Assembly (NCBI GenBank): GCA_050613775.1
Contig: JBODTK010000101.1
Location: forward strand, 372,001-436,000
Length of the DNA stretch: 64,000 nt
Direction: 5' to 3'
Source: Neocallimastix sp. 'constans'
Taxonomy: Eukaryota
In this document: positions 18,526-33,622 of the stretch, one piece after another
Position numbering within the stretch: the stretch's first letter is position 1
Layout: each line of letters begins with the position of its first letter
Notes under the pieces: generated by a model
Told to the model about the DNA's origin: nothing
The model's input: only the letters and a program-made list of their open reading frames with translations
Database searches by the model: none
Translations under genes and position numbers: made by a program

Positions 18526-19614
18526 ATGTTGGATAATGATACTGATTCAAGTGATAATGAAGAATCATATAGTGAATTGGTAAATGTTATTTATAATTAT
18601 ATTAATATTAAAATATCATCAAAAGAAAAAGAAAAATTGTGTTAAATATAATGCATACATATAAATATATATATATATATAAACTTGTGATGAATAATAA
18701 ATATATAGGAAAGAAAAACGAAAAATCTTACATTTAATACAACGGTTGTAGATAATAATTATTATGATGAAGAAATTGAAGTATCAGAACCTGAAAGTTC
18801 GAAAATAAGTAATTATCATGGAGATTCTCCTCCAACCCATCCTATATCAGATTCAGAAGAAGAATATGATCAATCTGATGATGAAGATGCACATGTGGTT
18901 AGTTTAATAATAATCAAGAAAACAAATATCATTTTATCATATTATTAAATTATGATATTATATTATCAATTAATAGTAATAATGAAAAAAAGATAATAGA
19001 CTTAGAATAATATTTAATATGAATTTTATGTTTTTTATTTTTTTTAAAGACTTTAGGAAATAATGGAGATATTGATTACTCTGAAAATTACGATTTAAAA
19101 AGCAAATATATGGAACATTTATCTGAAAATGATAATATTGATGATTATTCAAAGTATATATTAGAAAAAAAGAAATGAAAATTTTATTATATAATTATAT
19201 TATTAAAATAAAATATACAATTTTTTTTTATTTTAATTTATAAACTAAATATATATATTAATAGAAAATATGAATTAATGGAAAATTTTGATGATGAATT
19301 AAAAGAATTATTTTCATATATAGACCAATATAAACCACTGGATACAAAATTAGATACAGAATTAAAACCATTTATACCAGATTATATACCTGCAGTTGGT
19401 GATATAGATGCATTTATAAAGGTATAGAAATTGTGTATATATACAAATATAATTAATATTATATTCTATACAATTTCCTTTCAATAAAAAAATAATTATG
19501 TTATAAATAATAAATAATAAAATAATAAACTCTAAGCAAAAAATAAAAATCAATAATATACATATTAATTATTAATATTATATTCAATGCAATTTGTCAT
19601 TTGCCATTTGACAA

Positions 19615-19645
<31 letters not shown>

Positions 19646-19858
19646 AAAATAAATAAATAAATAATCATGTTATAAATAATTAATAATAAACTATGAAATA
19701 ATAAATTTTATTAACTTTAAAAATAAAAATATAATATAAATATTAATTAAGATTCCACGTTGTGATAATAAAATCGATACTTTGGGTTTAACATGTATAG
19801 ATGAACCATCCGGGAAACAATCAGATCCATCTGGTTAATATTATATAATATTATATAT

Positions 19859-19908
<50 letters not shown>

Positions 19909-20798
19909 AATAAAATATTATTATACAAAATGAATAATTCATAATTATAAACATAAGGAAGAATGAAAATTAAATAATAATAAAAATATTTACGTATGAT
20001 GTACTAATATAATTAATATATTTTTAAAAAATTAATTATATAAAGTATTGGATCTTCATTTAAGAGCTATTACTAAATCAACCGTGGATACAGAATTAAA
20101 GGTTAGATCATTAAATTCAGAAGATATAAAAGAAGATCCAAAACTAATCGATACATGGACATCTAATATTGATGAACTTCATGAATCAAAACCACGTCCT
20201 AATGTAATATATACAAGAAGAATGCCTGATATTGAAGTATATATTTATTATATTAATTTTATATTTTATAAGAAAAAGTTTTTTGTATGTGTATTTTTTA
20301 AAGAAATTTTATTAATTATATATATTAATTAGGATTTAATGCAAGTTTGGCCATCTGAAATAGAAGATGAATTAAATAATGTATATTTATTTATTAATTA
20401 TTAATTAATTATTTAAATGTTTTAATATATTTGAATTAATGATAAATTTAATAATTATAAATTATAAATACAAGAAAATTAATAATATTAATAATGATAA
20501 TAATAATAATATATATATTTAATTAATTATAATTTGATCTTAAATAAAAATAAATATAAAAATTTTGAAATAGATTGAATTACCTTCAGCAGATTTGGAT
20601 TTACCATTGATTGATTATATTCATTTATTATTAGTTTTACTTGATATTCCAATAAGTTCAGATAACTCAAAAGTAAATGAATTAAATAGAGAAACTGAAA
20701 ATTTAAGATCAACTATTGAATCTTTACATGTGATGTTTACATTGTATTCTGAATTTAAAAATTCACAACATTTCAAAGCTATGAAACATATAAATTAA
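18526..20798 (+). CDS. IFT46: Intraflagellar transport protein 46 (IFT-B), multi-exon
   Basis: Acidic N-terminus, then exons encoding ELFSYIDQYKP..LKPFIPDYIPAVGDIDAFIK, IPRCDNKIDTLGLTCIDEPSGKQSDPS, VLDLHLR..RRMPDIE, DLMQVWP, and IESLHVMFTLYSEFKNSQHF, the IFT46 signature segments. Confidence 0.95.
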
Positions 20799-20899
20799 TA
20801 TGTAATAATAAACAATAAATATATTTGTGTATCTTAATATTTTTTTTATTTTATTATTTTTGATAATATATAATATTGATATAGATTATTTTATTATTA

Positions 20900-20938
<39 letters not shown>

Positions 20939-21071
20939 TTGCATTATTTTTTATATTTAAAAGCAGATACCTATCAAAACAATAATTATATTACATATTA
21001 CAATAATTTAATAATAAAATAAAAAAAGAAAAAGAAAGAAAACAGAAGATAAAATAAATAATAAATAAAAA

Positions 21072-21203
21072 AATAAAATAAAATAAAATAAAATAAAATA
21101 AAATAAAATAAAATAAAATAAAATAAAATAAAATAAAATAAAATAAAATAAAATAAAATAAAATAAAATAAAATAAAATAAAATAAAATAAAATAAAATA
21201 AAA
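21072..21203. repeat. (AAAAT)n pentamer microsatellite
   Basis: Perfect tandem run between the convergent IFT46 and ORC4 genes. Confidence 0.9.
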
Positions 21204-21419
21204 TAATAAAATAAAATAAATTAATAAAATAAATAAAAAATAAAAAATAAAAATAGAAATAAAAATAAAAAAAATTACAAAATAAAATAATAAAATAATA
21301 AAATAATAAAATTTGTTCAAATATTCAATAAATAATTAATAAAAGAATTATAGATAAAAATTATTAAAATGGTATTAATAAATATTATAGTAAATAAGAT
21401 AAAACAATATTAAAATTAT

Positions 21420-21467
<48 letters not shown>

Positions 21468-21740
21468 AAAAATACTTTTGATAAAACAATTGAATTATTT
21501 TTAATTTAATTATTTGGTAATTAAATAATGAATAATTATTAATTTAATTCATTGATTATGAATATAAATAATAATAATAAAGATGAATTTAACATCTTAT
21601 TTTATTTTATTATTATTCATTTATTTATTTATTTAATTTTTTTGGTATATAGTTATGAGTATATATTATTTTTCTATTATTATTATATGTATATGTATAT
21701 AATTTCTGTTTCGTAAAAAATATGAAAGATATACATAATA

Positions 21741-22174
21741 TTATAACCATCTCGTTCCCCATTGCTTAATTGATGTAGGGCATTCACTATGCTTTAATAC
21801 AGCTTGTGTTATTTGATTAGGTTCTAAAAGAACTTTCATCATTCTATATTCTTTTGGACATTTACCGGAAGCTTCTGTTGGTAATACTAATTCTATCGCT
21901 ATTAAATGTTCTAATGCTTTCATTGCAACCTGTTTTTTGAAAAATATTTCACGGCCATTACCAGTTGCTTCAATTTTTTGAACAAATTTTTTATATTCAT
22001 CATATATCATTTCAAAATTGAAAATTTCAATATGCTTTTCTAATAAACATTTCATTGCAATAATTAAACATAGTTCAAGAATCGATGTTCCTTTATTTGT
22101 TATTTTTTTTAAAAATAAAAGTACATAATAATAAATAAATATATAATAAATAAATAAATAAATAAACAAACAAA

Positions 22175-22262
<88 letters not shown>

Positions 22263-24074
22263 AATAATAGAATATTGATTATATTTTTTAAATAAAATAT
22301 TTAATATAACCAATTTTAATACCTTTTAATAATTCTGTTTTAGAATCTAAATACTGCCTGGCATATGCATCAAGGAAATCATTTGCTTTTGGATATGGAT
22401 TATTGATTGAAAGTTTGTATATTGGTTCGAGCTATTTTTTTTTTTTTTTTATTAAAAAAGAGTAATATAAAATATTTATTAATTTAAATTATTATCATTA
22501 TTATCATTATTATTATTATTATTTTTATTATTTTATATTTTATATTATTTACACATATTTTTAAGAAGTTTCTTGGATTATTGGTTATATCAAAAAGATG
22601 ATTTATAATAGATTTTACTGATTCATCAGTAAAAATATTCTATCATAAATATTAATTTATATTTATATTATAAATTTTATTAAATCAATATTATTATCAT
22701 TATTATCATTATTATCTTTATTATTATTGCACTTGTAAAATTAAAACTTACATCAATTTCTTTATTAAAATATTTAATATAATTTTTATTAATTTCTTTT
22801 TGTGTCTCTGGTATTTTTAGTGAATTTATTATAATTTTTTCAAAGTTTTTTATTTCTATTGGGGGAAAACATAAAATTTGTCTATGAGAATATCTTGATT
22901 TTACTCTTTTTTCTAATAATTCTACTACATTCTTTATATAAAATAATAAAAAAATTCAAATTTATTAATTGATTAAATTAATTTCAATGTTTTTAATTTA
23001 CTAAAAAAAAAAAAAAAAAAAAAAAAAGAAAAAAAAATAATATTAAAAATTAAAATTAATATCATTATTTTACAAGTTGACACGTTAAGCCAATGACAAC
23101 TATTGGATTTTGATTACTTTGTGCAATATCGAATAAATTATATAATAAAGTTTGCTTATTATGTTGGGTAAATAAGTCAAATTCATCAAGAATTATAATG
23201 ACAGGTTTTGAAGTTTTTGTTCCAATGGAAAGCACATTTAACAAATATGATAATACTTCTGAAAATGAGGTCTTTGTTATTTTTAATTAATTAATTATTA
23301 AATTAAAAATTTAAATATAAAGCGAAATTTTAAAAAAAGTATTAATAATAATTATCTTATTAATAAAAGTATTTTTAATAAATATAAACCATTATTATAA
23401 ATTTTATACACTATTCAAATTTTCCATTGCTTCTTCTTGTGATAGTTGATATATCATTTCTTTTAATGCTAAACGATCATCAGATTGAATTAATCCATTT
23501 AAACGGACTGTTAAAAAAGATTGTTTATTATTATTATTAAATTCTTTATTTAAATTATCTAAGAGTTTATTAACTATCTAATATTAAATATGAAAAATAT
23601 AAACTTTAAAATTAATAATAAAATTATATTTATAATGGTTTATTTATTATTATAGAGTTATTTTTTCTACCATTGTTTTCCCGCAACCACGATTTCCAAT
23701 TAGTAAAGTTGAATTGCTTTCTCCTGTTTGAATAGTTTTTTTGCACATATCATATAATGTACTTTAATATTAATTTTATTATGTTGTATTTAATTTTTAT
23801 ATATCAATAGAAATTATATAATTTAATTAATAATTAATTATTGTATTTAATATTTATTTTTGGTTAAATATTGATTTAATATAAATTTCAATGTGTTAAA
23901 ATTGAAATGAAAATATTTAACAGTATTTTTATAAATAATTAATTTTTACTTGTATTGGTCTTCTAAACCAATTAATTCATTAGAAAAAGATTTTCCAGTT
24001 AAATTTTTCAAAATTATTTTTTTTGCATTATTTATATCTTTTTTTTCAACATTAAATGATATATCTTGCAACAT
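21741..24074 (-). CDS. ORC4: Origin recognition complex subunit 4 (AAA+), multi-exon
   Basis: [17 protein letters not shown] (Walker A), [55 protein letters not shown], and C-terminal [20 protein letters not shown] introns. Confidence 0.95.
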
Positions 24075-24660
24075 TTTATTAAAATTATTTTTTTATTAAT
24101 TAAGTTATGTTTTAAAAAAGGCAAAGTAATCTATATTATATTTTTATTATTAATAATTAATTAATTAATTAATAAAGGATACTTTATAAAAAATATATAA
24201 ATTGAGTGTGACAAACTTGATTTTTTATATTAAATTTTATATAATATAATATATGTAATATAATATATGCTTGACATAAATTTCAAAAAATAAAAACAAG
24301 TTTAAATTTACCTAATTAAAGAAAGAAAATAAATTATTATTTTATAATTCAATCAATTATTTATTACAATTTTAAATATCAATAATATAAATTTAATAAT
24401 CTTATTTATCTAGTTTTAATTAACAATAATAATAATAATAATAAATAATAATAGTCATATTAATAATTATTATTACTATTAATACTCTACTAATAATAAT
24501 AATAAAGAACAATATATATATATATGTATTATATCAAATAAAGAAATAATCATTATAAAAATTATTAATATAAAAATTAATAAAGAAATTCATTAACAGA
24601 AAAAATATATACACATTTTTAGACAGAAATTAATCTTTTTTTATTTATAATTTATAAAAC

Positions 24661-24691
<31 letters not shown>

Positions 24692-25013
24692 GAATAATGT
24701 ATTTATAAATATTTTTAGAAAAAAATTTAAACACTATTTAAAATAAATAAATAAATAAATAAAATAATAGTAATGTTAATAATTATAAAATAAGTTTAAA
24801 TATATATATATATAAATTCAAAATTCAATATTTTTATCAAAATTCACTAAACATGTTTATACAATTAATTTATTATTAATTTATTTTATGAAGAATAATT
24901 TTTAAAAAAATTATTAAATAATATGAAATAAATTTAATACATGGATAAATTTTATTATACTTAGAATATTATATATATAATATTATTAAAGAAGATATGA
25001 AATTCCTTCATAT

Positions 25014-26549
25014 TTATTTTTTGGTTTCACTTTGTTCTTTACTTGGAAATTTTCGTTCCCATATCTTAAAATTAATAATTTAACAAAATAATAATAATAA
25101 TTATAATAATAATAATAATAGTAATAATAACAATAATAAAAATTGATATATTAAAAATATGTTTATTTTAAAAACATTTTTAGTAATTTTTACATTATTA
25201 TTTAATATATATATATATATGTATACCTGAATATAAGTCTCGGATAAGAATATCATTTGTGGCATAATTTCTTCAACGATTAAATCTTGGATTTGGAACC
25301 ATTGATCTTTTCCTTTACAATATACATGAACTTTGTATGAACCATTTTTAGGACTGTCCTTACCCTCATGACATATATTAGCAACTAAATCATATTTATA
25401 TTCTTCTTTGTCATTTGGATCAACTTCTAAGTCTTTTTTATTAATAATTTAATATTATAAGATAAAAAGTTGTTAACTAACATATTATTAAATGGAATGT
25501 TGAATATATATATATTTTTTGTCATTGTTTTATTTATTTAACTTACATTCCTTCATATCAACATTTTTAATTGGGAAATTTACAATTGTTGGATTTTTTT
25601 CATGTGACCAATTATTTTTATTAAATCTTTTAGCATTAAAAATTAGATAGTTTGGTAATTTTAATAATTTATATCTTTTTAATGTGTTGCCAACTTCCTA
25701 TTTAATCATTAGATATTATATATTTTAATAATATTATTATTTATTAATTTTAATATCTGTAATTTATATTAATATTTAATATTGTTAATATATATATATT
25801 GCCTACTTGTATTGTTTTCCCATCATATCTACTAAGTAATGTTGAAAGTGACACCTTTCATTATAATATTAATAAATAAATTATTTTAGTTAATAGAATT
25901 TAATTTATAAATTTATAAATTATGTAATTTGTACTTGTGGAATAATATTTTGCTCCATTTCATCTTGGAATAATGGTGGTGGTGGTAAATCGAGAACTAG
26001 TACCATAAATGGCGATATTACTTTCGTTATTTCTGTCATAAAAAAAAAAAAAAATTAAAGAAAATTAGTAATTTATAATAATAATAATATTATTATTATC
26101 ATAAAATACTAAATATATTATATACACTAATATTAATTCAATACTACTATTCCCTTACCCCTATCACTTTGGAAACTTTGTTTTTGGAATTTTTCTTTTC
26201 CTTCTTCAGGCTCTGATAGAATTGTTTGTGATTCAATTTGTAATTTTCCTTGGAAAGTTTTTTGAATTATACCTATTTGAATTATATCATTTAATTCATA
26301 AATATATTTTTTATTATTATAAATGATATAAAAATCATAAAATTTTATATGATAATTGTAAATTAAAAATTACTGTAAATATTAATTACTTGATTTTTTT
26401 CTTGTTCCACCTAAAGCAAAATGTAATGTATTCAAAAACCAATAAAGAAATTCTACTGGATCATTTTGTTCTGTTAATAAAAACTTTTTTTTACTGGCAT
26501 TACTAATTTCCTTTTTATTTATATAAATGAAGCAGAAGCATAAATAACG

Positions 26550-26587
<38 letters not shown>

Positions 26588-27925
26588 GTTGTTAATATTA
26601 TTATAATTATTATCTAATATTTTAATATTAAATGTATATATTTTTAATTAACATATTTACTTACTTGTAGCAATTCATGAGGACTAACTTGTGCCTTAAA
26701 TGCTTTAGGATTCCACATTTTTCTCATTAACATTCCAAATCTATTTACTAATTCACTTTTAAATTCCTTATCATTACGTAAGAAGAAATTTCTTAAAGGT
26801 GTTATATGAATAAGAGCTTGAATAATAACATTTATATAATCATTTTTTTTAATATTATTAAGTCCAATAAATCCTATATATAGATTTTATTGATAAATTT
26901 GTTGAATTTTAAATGTATAATATTTTATTAAAAGTGATATTAATAATAAACAATAATTAATAATATTAATAATTATTAATAATAATACTAATAATAATAT
27001 AAATGATATATATTTAAATACCAGGAAGATATTTTTTATTATTAAGATCGTAACTATAATTATCATTTTTGTCCAATTGATTTATTTGTTCAAGAGTAAA
27101 AGTTGGTTTAATAACATACTTAAATAGTAATAAATCAAATTAATTATGAATTAGTTATTAATAAAAAATTGTAATAATATTGCTTTAAATTATAGTTATA
27201 TTATGTATTGAACAATCACTTTGATATCATCTAAAGACGAATCATTAACTTCATAACCATCTGGTAAAATGTAAACCTTTTTTTTTTTTTTTTTTTTTTT
27301 TTGAATAAAATAATAATCAATATTTATAGTCAAACAAAATTACATATAATATTTAATATTTATTTACCTTTAAAGTGTGTAAATTTATGAATACGTGATG
27401 GTCATCATGCAAACTATGAATATAAGCATGAGAAGTTGTTCCTCTACCTAATTTTAATAAAATTATTTTAATGTATCAAATCAATCATTTAATATACATA
27501 TATATTTAAAATACTATTACGTTATTTACCTTGATAATATTTTCCACAAACTAAACATGCATATACATTTAAATTTGATAAAGAAACTGAACATACTTTT
27601 TCGAAATCAAAATCTAAGTATGTTCTTCTAATCTATTTAATTAATGATTTTGAATTTTGAAATAATTTATAATATATATAATAAAAGCAATGTTATAATA
27701 ATTATTTTTCAGTAAATATTTTAAAAATGAATTTACATTAATAAAATTAATAAATTAATTAAATTATTAATTATTCTTTTAGTATTAAATATCCTTATTA
27801 CACTTGTAAAAAATATCATATATATAAATATATAAAATATAAAAATATATTACTGTATCAAGATAAAGTCCTCCTGGTCTTAATTCATCGTTTTCATCTC
27901 TTTTTCTTTTTAGTGATTTTTGCAT
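25014..27925 (-). CDS. SAD1: U4/U6.U5 tri-snRNP protein Sad1/USP39 (ZnF-UBP plus inactive USP domain), multi-exon
   Basis: LDFDFEKVCSVSLSNLNVYACLVCGKYYQ, HAYFHSLHDDHHVFINL, GLNNIKKNDYINV, RKMWNPKAFKAQVSPHELLQ, LDLPPPPLFQDE, EKNPTIVNFP, WFQIQDLIVEEIMPQMIFLSETYIQ, IWER. Confidence 0.95.
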
Positions 27926-29365
27926 TTTTTTAAATCTATATAATATTTTTTAATAATAAGCTTTTATTAATTATATAATTATTATAAATGGTTCAATCAT
28001 TTTTTTTTTTTTAGTTATTTAATTATATACGGTTAAATGTTAAAATGAATTTATTTATTGTAATTATTACAAATAATATAAAAACGATAATTTAAATTAT
28101 ATTTAATATATAATATTTATTTATTTTAAATTTCAATTTCAATTTCAATTGATTTATAATAATTTATTTAACAAATTACATATATTTTGATATTTTACTT
28201 TTTCTATTTCTATATTTTATTTTAATAATTTTAATAAATAATAATTGTAATAATAATATTATTATTATAATATTATTTATAATAATTTACATAAAAACTA
28301 AATCATAAATAATTGACTATTATCCAATCAATTATATATTAATAATCAATGAACTATATGAATATAAAATTTGAATTTTTATTATTTTAAAAATCTAATT
28401 ATTATATACATGTCATATTTGTAACATTTGTATAATAAATATTAGAATAGTAAAACAGTAATATAAAAAAATAATTTAAATTAGATAATAGAAATGACAA
28501 CTGAAACGAAAATGACCAATTTTTCATTTTTACTAAATATCAAACAACTATCCATTTTATTAATACTTTCTCATGTTATTCATCAAGATAACATGAAAGG
28601 TTAAGAAACTATCATGTTGAATTCAATTGAATCATGTTCCAAATGTTATTCTTAAAGAAGATGGTATATCTATGATAACTTAGTTACAATTAATAGTAAT
28701 AAATTAAAACCATAAAGTGGTTGAACTACTGTCAGCAAAAAGAATGTGGACGCTAACTATTAATTAAAATTAAATCTAGAAATATTTGTACTGAAATAAA
28801 TATGGAAATATGGGTTTCTCTCTTTGATAAAATATGAATCAATAGAAATATATATATATAAAATATATATATGTATTTTGAAAGAACAGGAAAAAATATT
28901 AAAATTAAAAATTTTAATAACTGATAAAAAACAAAGCTATGGAAGATACTAATAAGGCTAAATTAGGTAATACAGATTATTAAAGTCTTGTCTAAAGGAA
29001 TATTCAATGTTAGAAACTAAGGAAAATGAATCTGTTACTCATTATATATTTACTATTTTAATAATACCTTTTGATCTAACAAGAATTATAATTATGACGC
29101 TTTATTAGTAATATGAAAAAAATAAATTATTTATTTAAAACAGCTGTTAAAAGAAGAACAAGAAAGTAAAAATAAAAATAAAAATAATAATAAAAAAATA
29201 ACATTTTTAAATAATTGGATAAATATTAATTTATTTTTTTTCTAATATTACTATTATATTAAAGAAGGCTGCTACTCAACAATAAATAGAAATACTAAAA
29301 TAATAACTTTTTTATTATTAATATTTATAATATATTTTATTTTGTATAATATTATATTATCTATT

Positions 29366-29522
<157 letters not shown>

Positions 29523-30164
29523 TTAAATAAATAAAAATAAAAAATGAAAAATGAAAAATAAAAAATAAAATGATGTAATATATATAATAGAAATAATATA
29601 TAATTATTAATATTTTTTCCGCATAAAATTTTTGTATTGTTGGAAAATTTTTTCACTGGGAAACAATAAATATAGATTACAAAAGGGCCTCTCTATGTAT
29701 TTATGTTTTTCCTCTATACATATAATAGAAGATATTTAAAAAAATTTTCTACTATAAATTTCCTTACAGTTTTGGTGTTGACATGATCGTATCGTTGACA
29801 ATTCTTAAGGAATGTACTAGGAGATTGACAAAGACATTCGTTTGAAAACACCTTTAAACGAAGCTATTATTAGTCTTATAGTATTTAAGTTGAAATGTTG
29901 GAATATATACGAAACAACCATATTTAAACATATTAATATTTACTAAGACATAATTTATAAATTACATATAAATTTAATTATATGAATGTTCTACAATAAT
30001 CATAGCTGTTTTTGTATTAGCCAATCATTATACGTGGCTATAAATTAATATTATACATTATTTTTTATATTTTCAATATTTATAATTAATTTTATTATAT
30101 TTGAAACTTTTCATTTAATATAAACATTTTTTAAATAGATTAGTAGAATTAATAATTAATCAAA

Positions 30165-32293
30165 ATGGCAAAGAAGAAGCAACCACAGATGTCTTCAAAA
30201 GCTGAGCAAAAGCTTAAGAATAAGATTATTGAAGACAAAACTTTTGGTTTAAAGAACAAAAAGAAGTCTAGTAAAGTTGCTAAAGTAATTTAAAAACAAA
30301 CAAAATAATATAAGTTAATTATTATTTAGATTCTCTGATGCTATTTAAAAACAAGAAAATAATCAAATATATTAAAATAATCAAATTTTATAAGTATTAA
30401 AACTAAAAAGTTTGTTATGAATTCAAAATGAAAATTTATTGGAAATAAAGAATCCAAAGATAATAAAATTAAATAATAATGATAATATTCATAAATTTGT
30501 ACAAATTATAAAATAATTTTTATATAATTCAAATCTTGATTCAATAAGAATAATAATATAAATAAAATTATTTAATAATAATATAAAAAAATAAATTATA
30601 AAATAATTTTAACAATCATATAAAATTTTTTAAAGAAACAAAATTAAAAAAATAAAAAATATAAATATAGATATATATTTTTTAATTTATTAAAGTACAT
30701 TTTTTTTTTATAATAAAAAATATCATCAAATATAAATTAATATAATTATTTTTTATAACATGATTTATAAAATAGTATGTACAACAAGTTCAACAACAAG
30801 TCAATCAAGCTGGTAACAGAAAGGCTATGGTAAAAATTTCATTAGTCTATAGTTAATAATAATTTCAAAAAAATAATTTTCAATATATTAATAAATATAA
30901 ATATATTACAGAAAGAACAAGAAGAAAGAAAAAGAAAAATGGAAGCTAAAAAGAAGGAAGAAGAAAAAAGAAAAACTGAATTAAAAGAAATTTTCAAACC
31001 AGTACAAATTCAACAAAAAGTTCCATTTGGTAAATAAATATCATTAAATATTTCCATTAAATATTTTATGTATCAATTATTAACAGTTATTAAATTAACA
31101 ATGAATTAAGGTGTCGATCCAAAAACTATTTTATGTGCTTACTTTAAGGCTGGTACTTGTCAAAAAGGAAATCGTTGTAAATTTTCACATGATTTGAATA
31201 TTGAACGTAAAACCGAAAAGATTGATTTATATACAGATTATCGTAGTGGAAAGAACAAGAAGAAGAAGAATGGAGATGGTTAGTATAAATATAATTGTAT
31301 AAATATGATAAGATAAAAAAAAGAGAGATTTTAATAATGTATTTTAAAATTGAAATTTATTAAGACGAAACTATGGAAAATTGGGATCAAAGCAAGTTAG
31401 AATCTGTTATTGATAAAAAATTTGGTAAAGATAATAGTCAAAAGCCAACTGAAATTGTTTGTAAATATTTCTTAGAAGCTATTGAAACAAAGAAATACGG
31501 TTTCGTAAGTTAAAATATTAGATTCAAATTAGATATTATAAAAAATGAAAGTGTCTTCAAAAATTAATAAATATTTATATATAAAATTATAATAAATTTA
31601 TAGTTCTGGGAATGTCCAAATGGTGGAAGTAAGTGTAAATATAGACACTGTTTACCACCAGGTTACGTTTTAAAGAAAAAGGAAACTGAAGAAGAAAAAA
31701 GAGCTCGTGAAGAAAGAGAAAAGGAAAATCAAATTACTCTTGAAGAATTCTTAGAAACTGAGGTAATTAAATTTTTTAATTAATTTTTTATTAAATTATA
31801 AATAATATTTATAATTAATATTCTTATTAAAAAAAATTAAAAATAGCGTCATAAACTTGGACCAAATCTTACACCAATTACCTACGAATCCTTCAATAAA
31901 TGGAAAGCTGAACGTAAGTTACAAAAAGAAAAAGAAGAAAAGGAAAAGGCTAAGGCTAAGGCTGATGCTTACAAGCAATATAAGGCTGGTATGAAGAGTG
32001 GTATTGGATTCTCTGGTCGTGAATTATTCGACTTTAACCCAGAATTAGCAAATCCATATGATGATGATGATGATGCAATGGAAGAATATGTTAGAGAAGA
32101 TACTGATGACAATACCGAAAATAAGACCGAAGAAAAGGAAGAAAATGATAAAAAGGATAAGGGTAAAGAAAAACTCGATGTCAGCGATATGCAAGAATCA
32201 ATATCAAAGGTAGAAGAAGAAATTAAGGTTGACGAAGAATTATTTGCTGATGAAGATTTAGGTTTAGATGATGTTGATGATGATGAAGAGTAG
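30165..32293 (+). CDS. TMA46: Translation machinery-associated protein 46 / ZC3H15 (DFRP1), two CCCH zinc fingers, multi-exon
   Basis: [115 protein letters not shown], and an acidic tail. Confidence 0.95.
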
Positions 32294-32873
32294 AATCAAA
32301 AATATATATATGTAGTAATATCTGGAATCAGTAAAAATCATTAAACAATTAAATATTTTTTTAAATAGAGAATACACAAAGTATCGAAATAAGTAATATC
32401 ATCATTATTTAATCTAAACTTTAAACTATTTTAATTTATATAAACAATATAAATTAATATTTTCATATACTATTATTTTCTTAATATTTGATAAAAAGTA
32501 ATTCTTTTTTTTTTTTTTATTTTTACTCTAAATTTAATGTATTAATTTTATAAAAATTAATAAAAACTTTAATTATAAATTGTATAATAAAATTACAACA
32601 TAAAATTAAATATTAATTGTAAAAAGTAATGTTTAAATACGTAAAATATAATGTATGTAATTTGTTGTAATATAAATATGAATATAAATAATAGTATTTG
32701 TGGCTTATAGTATTAAAATTTTTATTGGCTCATTAAAGAAATTTTAAGATATTATTGGTTAAATTTATAATGAATTTTAATAATGAAATAACAAAATAGG
32801 ATTAATTTTCCTATTTTAATCACTCTTTTCTCATTTCTTAATATTTTAAATATTTATTGAGAACCACGTCATC

Positions 32874-33622
32874 ATGGTTAAAGGTATATAATTATTAATG
32901 AATGAATGATTTATCAATAAAGTGAAAAATAAAATTTTAATGAATGTGTGAAGAATTTATATTGTTATTCATTTATTGGTCTTATTTTTTTATTTATTAT
33001 TTTTATTTTTTTTTTAATAAAGTAAAGTTTAATTTGTTATGTTATAAAAATTATTTGAATTTTAATATTTAATGATGGATGAACGGAAATTAATATGCAT
33101 ATAAATTAAATAAAAATAATAGACACTACAAAGGCTGCTGCCGCCAAGAAGGCTGCTCTCAAGGGAGTTAACGCTAAGGCTACCAAGAAGATAATTACTT
33201 CTACTTCTTTCAGAAGACCAAAGACTCTTCGTCTTGCTCGTAAGCCAAAGTACCCAAGAGTCTCTGTTCCAAAGGTTAACTCTGTTGATCAATACAGCAT
33301 TCTTAGATTCCCACTCAAGACTGAATCTGCCATGAAGAAAATCGAAGATGACAACACCCTTGTCTTTATTTGCGACGTCAAGGCCAACAAGAAGCAAATT
33401 AAGGATGCCGTTAAGAGAATGTACCAAGTTGATGCTGAAAAGGTCAACACTTTAATTACTCCAAAAGGTCTTAAGAAGGCTTTCATCCGTCTTACTGCTG
33501 ATGTTGATGCTTTAGAAGTTGCTAGCAAGGTAAATATTATATAATTAATTCATTTTAAGAGTATGAAATCTAATTTAAAATTTTTATTTATATATAAATA
33601 AAAATAGATCGGTTTCGTTTAA
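32874..33622 (+). CDS. RPL25: 60S ribosomal protein L25/L23a (uL23); exons 32874-32883, 33123-33529, 33608-33622
   Basis: [55 protein letters not shown]. Strong codon bias; both introns GT-AG and in frame. Confidence 0.97.

Noticed and set aside
24174..24182. Minus-strand GTATCCTTT (U12-type 5' splice consensus) upstream of ORC4
   Set aside because: No CCTTAAC branch site at a suitable distance, and one such 9-mer is plausible by chance in a window of this composition.
32884..33122. Possible intronic snoRNA in RPL25 intron 1
   Set aside because: No canonical C box (RTGATGA) and D box (CTGA) pair and no H/ACA hairpins visible.
33062..33528. Antisense ORFs over RPL25, and similar shadow ORFs at 2023, 14525, 15947, 35094, 40349, 41259, 49357, 50689, 51313 and 61028
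   Set aside because: Opposite-strand shadows of real coding sequence.
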